From contig JAAYXR010000074.1 of NCBI GenBank assembly GCA_012515785.1, positions 1 to 51,525 on the forward strand: 51,525 nucleotides of DNA, in the 5' to 3' direction. This document shows positions 46,356 through 51,525 of this stretch, piece by piece (position 1 is the stretch's first letter; each line of letters starts with the position of its first letter). This DNA comes from Acholeplasmataceae bacterium. GTDB taxonomy: Bacteria; Bacillota_I; Bacilli_A; Acholeplasmatales; Acholeplasmataceae. The translations under genes were made by a program, and so were the position numbers. Under the pieces are notes generated by a model. It ran no database searches. It worked only from the letters and a program-made list of their open reading frames with translations, and was not told where the DNA came from.

Positions 46356-47661
46356 CTTCTAACACCTCCACAAATTTATCAATCTTAGCTTTACTGTGTT
46401 TTTCAGTTACCGCAAACATTACTAAATTATCATCTAATGGAAGACCAAATAAATAGCCTTTATTTAACATCTTTTTTTCAATTTTTTTCACATCAAATTT
46501 AGCTTTTAAAACAAACTCTTTAACAAAGTTATCATTAAATACTTCTTCAAAATGACCAGTCTTTAAAAGTTTTTCTTTTAAATAATGGGCATTAGTATAT
46601 GAAATTTCATTAACTTTTTCTAATCCATCTGGCCCCATTAATGATAAATAAATGGTTACCCATAGTGCCATTAATGATTGATTCGAACAAATATTTGATG
46701 TGGCTTTATAGCGGCGGATGTGTTGTTCTCTTGCTTGCAAAGTTAACACAAATCCCCTTTTACCATCAACATCTTTAGTCATGCCCACAATTCGTCCCGG
46801 CATCTTTCTCATTAATTTTTTATCAACAGCCATATAACCAACATATGGACCACCAAAAGAAAGTGGAATTCCTAAAGGCTGACCATCGCCTGTAGCGATA
46901 TCAACACCTAATTCACGAGGTGATTTAATAACTGCTAGTGTTGATGGGTCGTTGTTCATTACAAATATCGCTCCTTTTTCATGAATGACATCAGAAAAAC
47001 CGGAATAATCTTCAACTAATCCGTAATAGTTAGGATTTTGAACGACGACCGCTCCAAAGTTATCATTTTCAATAATAGATTTTAGTGAAGTTTGTCCTTT
47101 TTCATGGGGAATCATTTCAACTTCAATATCTTGATATCTAGCATAAGTCTTAATAACGCTAACAATTTTTGGATCTACAGTCTGGCTTACTAACACCTTA
47201 TCGCGTCTTACATGACCTAAAGCTAAAAGGACCGCCTCAGCGGTTGATGTGGCCCCGTCATACATTGAAGCGTTAGCTACATCAAGACCAGTTAGTCTAG
47301 TTATCATTGTTTGAAACTCAAAAATGTATTGCAATGTTCCTTGTGAGATTTCTGGTTGATAAGGAGTATAAGACGTTAAAAATTCGCTTCTTCTGATTAA
47401 ATAAGGAATAATTGATGGAGTTACGTGATCATATGATCCAGCACCACGATATATTTCTAGTGTTTTATTTTTACTAGCAATATTATTAAAGTTTTCTCTT
47501 AATTCGTGCTCACTTAAAGGCGCCTCTAAATTTAAGTTGCTTGTCTTTTTAATACTTTTAGGAACAACCTTAAACAGATCATCAATCGACTTAACTCCAA
47601 CTACCTCAAGCATTTTTTTAATATCTTTTTCGGTATTCGGAAAATATTTAAATGTTTTCAT
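46342..47661 (-). CDS. gcvPA: Glycine dehydrogenase (decarboxylating) subunit 1
   Basis: 439 aa. YTPYQPEISQGTLQ motif. Confidence 0.95.
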   Translation of the reverse strand: MKTFKYFPNTEKDIKKMLEVVGVKSIDDLFKVVPKSIKKTSNLNLEAPLSEHELRENFNNIASKNKTLEIYRGAGSYDHVTPSIIPYLIRRSEFLTSYTPYQPEISQGTLQYIFEFQTMITRLTGLDVANASMYDGATSTAEAVLLALGHVRRDKVLVSQTVDPKIVSVIKTYARYQDIEVEMIPHEKGQTSLKSIIENDNFGAVVVQNPNYYGLVEDYSGFSDVIHEKGAIFVMNNDPSTLAVIKSPRELGVDIATGDGQPLGIPLSFGGPYVGYMAVDKKLMRKMPGRIVGMTKDVDGKRGFVLTLQAREQHIRRYKATSNICSNQSLMALWVTIYLSLMGPDGLEKVNEISYTNAHYLKEKLLKTGHFEEVFNDNFVKEFVLKAKFDVKKIEKKMLNKGYLFGLPLDDNLVMFAVTEKHSKAKIDKFVEVLEDALR

Positions 47662-47662
47662 G

Positions 47663-47998
47663 TTACTTTTTAATTAAATCCTTTAATTCTTCTTCTTTAA
47701 AACCAGTTAAAACGATAATATAGTTTTTAAGTGGATCTTCATTTAATAATTCAGGATTATCTTCTAGTAGTTCATTTACTTCATAAACTTCACCAGAAAT
47801 TGGCATATATAAATCACTAGCCGCTTTAACTGATTCAACCGCACCAAACGATTCTTCTTTTTTAAAACGATCACCAACTCTTGGTAAATCAACGAAGACG
47901 ATGTCTCCTAATTCGTTGGCTGCAAACTCTGATAAGCCGACATAAGCTAATCCATCTTTAATTAATACCCATTCTTCAGTTTTAGTGTAATATCTCAT
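47663..47998 (-). CDS. gcvH: Glycine cleavage system H protein
   Basis: Lipoyl-lysine motif VESVKAASD; 111 aa. Confidence 0.95.
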   Translation of the reverse strand: MRYYTKTEEWVLIKDGLAYVGLSEFAANELGDIVFVDLPRVGDRFKKEESFGAVESVKAASDLYMPISGEVYEVNELLEDNPELLNEDPLKNYIIVLTGFKEEELKDLIKK

Positions 47999-48013
47999 TT
48001 TCTTTACTCCTTT

Positions 48014-49081
48014 TTATAAATATTTTTTTCTTCTAACTTTAGCTTTTATTTTTTTACCACGAATCTCAATTTCTACTTCTTGGCCAAATTTATATTTACC
48101 TTGAAGCAAAGCGTTAGCATATGAGTTTTTTGTTCCAGGAATCATGAATCCTGAAGTAACAAATCCAATATGTTTACCCTCTAAGAAAACTTCATGACCT
48201 TGTCTGGCAATACCACGATCAATTAATTCAAGACCATAAATTTTTTCTTCTAAGTTTTCTTTTTGTTTTAAAAGGGCTTCTTTTCCAACAAAATCATCTT
48301 TTGCAAAATCAATTGCGAAATTCATCCCCGCTTGAACTGGCGAGATATAATCAGCCATTTCATGGCCGTATAACGGAAGACCAGCTTCAAAGCGTAAGGT
48401 GTCTCTAGCTCCTAGTCCAGCTGGAGCGATACCTTCTTTAAGTAAATCTTTAGTTAATTTAACGATATCTTCAGGACTACCATAAATTTCAAATCCGTCT
48501 TCACCAGTATAACCACTTCTAGAAACGATAAATCCATTTAAATCAACAAATTCCATATACTTTAATTCATTTAATTTGAAGTGTTTTTCTAACGCTTTTT
48601 CTGAATTAGGTCCTTGAACAGCAATGGCCGCCACCTGTTTATCTAAGTTATTAATTTCAACATCATAACCTTCTTTAGCGTCAAGTAAATAATGATATAA
48701 AGTATCAGTATTAGCCGCATTACAAATTAGTAAAATTTTATCACTTGCATATTTGTAAGCCATTAAATCATCAATTACACCGCCATCAGGATGGCAAATT
48801 ACTTGATATTGCATCCCGTATTCTTTAGCCTTAGTGATATTGTTTGTTGAAACATAATTTAAAAACTTAGTCGCATCATTACCAGTAACAAAGATCTTCC
48901 CCATATGAGAAATATCAAAGAAAGTTACATTATTTCTTGTCTCTTGGTGTTCAAAAATAATTCCTTTTTCAAAATTAACTGGCATAAAAAAGCCACCGTA
49001 CTCAACAAACTGACCTCCTGCCGCTTTTAGGGTTTCATAAAGTGGGGTTGTCTTTAACCAAAATGGAATGTTTTCACTCAT
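48014..49081 (-). CDS. gcvT: Aminomethyltransferase (glycine cleavage T protein)
   Basis: 355 aa. FDISHMG, SRSGYTGEDGFEI and GLGARDTLR motifs. Confidence 0.95.
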   Translation of the reverse strand: MSENIPFWLKTTPLYETLKAAGGQFVEYGGFFMPVNFEKGIIFEHQETRNNVTFFDISHMGKIFVTGNDATKFLNYVSTNNITKAKEYGMQYQVICHPDGGVIDDLMAYKYASDKILLICNAANTDTLYHYLLDAKEGYDVEINNLDKQVAAIAVQGPNSEKALEKHFKLNELKYMEFVDLNGFIVSRSGYTGEDGFEIYGSPEDIVKLTKDLLKEGIAPAGLGARDTLRFEAGLPLYGHEMADYISPVQAGMNFAIDFAKDDFVGKEALLKQKENLEEKIYGLELIDRGIARQGHEVFLEGKHIGFVTSGFMIPGTKNSYANALLQGKYKFGQEVEIEIRGKKIKAKVRRKKYL

Positions 49082-50036
49082 TTGTATCTTGTCCTTTCAA
49101 TAATTTTAAAAACTCTTCATTTTTCATGTTTTCAATATAATCACCGATATTAATTGGTAATTCGTTAGTATTAATATCGAAATTAATTAATATTTTTTCT
49201 AATTCCTTTATTTCTTCTTTTTCAAAGAAATCTCCAAGTATTTTTATCTCTTTAATTATACCATTTTGCATGTTATAATTTAAGACTACTTCACCAAAAC
49301 TATATCTTTTTCGATTAGTTTTGGCAAAATTTAATTTATCTTGATAAATCCACTCAATTGTTTCAAATTCTTTTTGATAATTTGCGATAATTCTTTCTTC
49401 TTCTAAACTTAAATATCTTTCATTTTTATTTAAATATCTTTTAAGAAGATAAATAAATTCTAGTCGATCCATATCTAGTAATTGGGAAAGATTAATTACT
49501 CTTGACCGAACTGATTTAACCCCTTTAGATGCTAATTTTTCCTTAGTTGGAGTTAATACTTTAGCCATTTTTCCTAAATCAGTATCAAATAGTATGGTTC
49601 CGTGTAAAACTTTTCCATCTTTAGTTTGATAATAAGCATTACCAGAAAATTTATATCCATTAACTAATAAATCATTTCTTCCCGAAAATTCAGCATTAAG
49701 TCCTAAAGTTTTTAAAAAATCTTTAATTTTACTTAACGAATAAAAATAAAGTTCATCTTTACTTAATTTTTTGGAAATAAATGTATATTTGATACAACCT
49801 TCATCAGAATATACCGCACCACCACCTGATGGTCTGCGGAATAAGCCGATGTTATTTTCTTCTAAAGCTTGTTGATTAATTTCTTGATTAATAATTTGGT
49901 GTTTTCCAATAATTACTGCTGGATAAACTGTCCAAAGAAAAGAAAAATCTTCTTTTTGAGTCAACAGATATTTCTCTAACGCAAAATAAAATGAATCTTT
50001 TTGTCTACCGTATTTGTCTAAATTAATATATTTCAT
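49074..50036 (-). CDS. lplA: Lipoate-protein ligase
   Basis: RRPSGGGAVY and KFSGNAY (catalytic Lys) motifs. 8-nt overlap with gcvT. Confidence 0.9.
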   Translation of the reverse strand: MKYINLDKYGRQKDSFYFALEKYLLTQKEDFSFLWTVYPAVIIGKHQIINQEINQQALEENNIGLFRRPSGGGAVYSDEGCIKYTFISKKLSKDELYFYSLSKIKDFLKTLGLNAEFSGRNDLLVNGYKFSGNAYYQTKDGKVLHGTILFDTDLGKMAKVLTPTKEKLASKGVKSVRSRVINLSQLLDMDRLEFIYLLKRYLNKNERYLSLEEERIIANYQKEFETIEWIYQDKLNFAKTNRKRYSFGEVVLNYNMQNGIIKEIKILGDFFEKEEIKELEKILINFDINTNELPINIGDYIENMKNEEFLKLLKGQDTNE

Positions 50037-50106
50037 AAATATATTACGCCCCTTATATTTCTATTTTATCAGTTATATATTGAAAAAGATTGATTATAGT
50101 TATTAT

Positions 50107-51423
50107 TTATAAGAAGGATATGTAATATATTGGCATATAAACAATATTGTTTTTGATATTTACTTCCCGATTATTAGAAAATACATAGGCCTTTTTAGTA
50201 GATATTTCATTCGATTTAATCATATTATTTAATGCACTGTGTATTTGATAGTCCTTGCCACTTTTTATTTCAATCGGTACGATTGTTAAATTATCAAAAT
50301 TATCAATTATAAAATCTACCTCTCCCCTTTTTTTATTATCGTAATAATAAAGAGAATACCCTTTAGATTTTAATTCGTTTGCTACCATAGTCTCGTATAA
50401 TGCTCCTAAATTGATTGATTTGTTATCATCTTTAATCGCTTTAATGTTGTTGCGGAATAAAATAGACGATAATAAACCTACATCATTAAGATATAGTTTA
50501 AGCAAGTTTTTGGATGTTGATTGTAATAATGGAAATGTCGGATTACTAATAGCTTTTACTTCGGTTGCGATTCCACTATTAATTAAATAATCAAATTCGT
50601 CAACATAATGATTGTATCGCGCTCCCTTTTTATCTTCTATATTTTTAACTACTATTCTTTTTTTTATATTTCCCATTATCGAAGGAATCATTTTGTATAT
50701 TCTTTCAATTTTCAATTTATGTTCTAAATCATATTTAGATGCATCCATCATATACAAATCAAAAATATCTCGATGAATTTCTCTTACTGCATAAAGATTT
50801 TTCGTTTCCAAATAAGTTTTAACAGCATCAGGCATTCCACCGATTATCAAATAATCTTTAAATAAATTTAACATCCTATTGTGAATTCCTTCATTTAAAC
50901 TTTTTTCTTGCAAAAACGAATCTCTTATTTGATTAATGGCATCATGATTAAATCCATTGGCTAATAAAAACTCAATAAAATTTAATTGTTCCATTTTCAT
51001 TATTTTAATGCTTCCAATTGGTATTTGTGATGTTTTTGATAAAGTAACTCCTAATAGCGAACCACTTGCAACATACTGATATTTGTTATCTTGTTTTAAG
51101 AATTTAAATAATGACAATAAATTAGGATATTCCTGAATTTCATCTAGAAAAATCAGTGTATCATCTGAATCTCCCAATTTATGACCAAAGCCACTACTAA
51201 TAGCAAGATAAAAATCATTAATCGTTGTTACATTTTCAAATAGTTTATTTCCTAATTTATCTTCATGTAAATCAATTTCGATATAGTTTTTAAAGCGCTT
51301 TTTACAAACATGTCTAATAATATATGACTTCCCTACTTGTCTAGCGCCAGTAACAATTAGCACTTTATTTTGATGAACATCAAAATGATCATATATTTCT
51401 TTTTCAATTAATCTTTCGAGCAT
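50107..51423 (-). CDS. AAA+ ATPase with a C-terminal DUF4143 / PD-(D/E)xK-like nuclease domain (COG1373-type)
   Basis: Walker A GARQVGKS and Walker B LIFLDEIQ (AAA_14). The C-terminus GEVDFIID...VPIEIKSGK fits a D...ExK nuclease signature. Confidence 0.8.
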   Translation of the reverse strand: MLERLIEKEIYDHFDVHQNKVLIVTGARQVGKSYIIRHVCKKRFKNYIEIDLHEDKLGNKLFENVTTINDFYLAISSGFGHKLGDSDDTLIFLDEIQEYPNLLSLFKFLKQDNKYQYVASGSLLGVTLSKTSQIPIGSIKIMKMEQLNFIEFLLANGFNHDAINQIRDSFLQEKSLNEGIHNRMLNLFKDYLIIGGMPDAVKTYLETKNLYAVREIHRDIFDLYMMDASKYDLEHKLKIERIYKMIPSIMGNIKKRIVVKNIEDKKGARYNHYVDEFDYLINSGIATEVKAISNPTFPLLQSTSKNLLKLYLNDVGLLSSILFRNNIKAIKDDNKSINLGALYETMVANELKSKGYSLYYYDNKKRGEVDFIIDNFDNLTIVPIEIKSGKDYQIHSALNNMIKSNEISTKKAYVFSNNREVNIKNNIVYMPIYYISFL

Positions 51424-51442
51424 TTGCCATCACCTCTATTAC

Positions 51443-51525
51443 AATTTTACACTTTTCCATATAAAAATGCAATATAATTTTACACTTTTCCATATAAAAT
51501 GATTGGTTTTTTATACACTTTTCCA
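51443..51525. repeat. Direct repeats with 33-bp period upstream of the AAA/DUF4143 gene, truncated by the window end
   Basis: AATTTTACACTTTTCCATATAAAA occurs at 51443..51466 and 51476..51499 (24/24 identical). A third partial copy, TACACTTTTCCA, lies at 51514..51525, again 33 nt later. Confidence 0.85.

Noticed and set aside
50037-50106. Glycine riboswitch upstream of the glycine-cleavage operon, as in Bacillus gcvT.
   Set aside because: The leader before lplA is only 70 nt and gcvT overlaps lplA by 8 nt. That is too little space for even a single glycine aptamer, and I saw no conserved aptamer-like helices.
51443-51525. Possible start of a CRISPR array.
   Set aside because: A 24-nt repeat with only 9-nt spacers (33-bp period) is far too short for CRISPR spacers. 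No cas genes are present. I treated it as an iteron/operator-like repeat instead.
1-51525. UGA-as-tryptophan recoding (Mycoplasma/Spiroplasma code 4).
   Set aside because: All homolog-length ORFs are intact under the standard code. TGA also ends genes at natural C-termini: the adhesin at 10561 after a TM helix plus KKRK tail, and plsX at 16464. The standard code (11) applies.

Overview
About 51.5 kb of a low-G+C bacterial chromosome. It uses the standard genetic code: homolog-length ORFs stay open, and TGA serves as a stop at 10561 and 16464. Gene content and order resemble Bacillota/Mollicutes of the Acholeplasma type; this placement is an inference, not a database result. I count 50 protein genes, 47 on the minus strand, packed into tight and often overlapping operons.

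In window order the genes are:
- a Zn/Mn ABC importer, uvrB, and a divergent ATP-PFK / PPi-PFK pair
- dnaE and flavodoxin
- an accessory-looking module: an AT-rich XRE+helical-repeat regulator, a 4-TM protein and a 686-aa multi-Ig surface protein
- nth-dnaD-rnc-plsX and recG
- a shikimate operon containing an AroA-chorismate mutase-AroE fusion
- mscL, rlmH and a yycJ-like MBL hydrolase
- a 946-aa internally duplicated PrsA-like lipoprotein
- yhaM, cca and yigZ
- upp-rpiB-tsaC-prmC-prfA
- a MATE exporter frameshifted in an A7 run
- dnaB-rplI-gdpP, with gdpP and rplI forming one continuous ORF
- rpsR-ssb-rpsF, two orphan lipoproteins, cinA and tatD
- the glycine-cleavage operon plus lplA
- an AAA/DUF4143 ATPase-nuclease, with 33-bp-periodic repeats at the window edge

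I recognised no rRNA, tRNA, CRISPR array, IS element or prophage. All functional calls come from motif recognition by eye; no searches were run.
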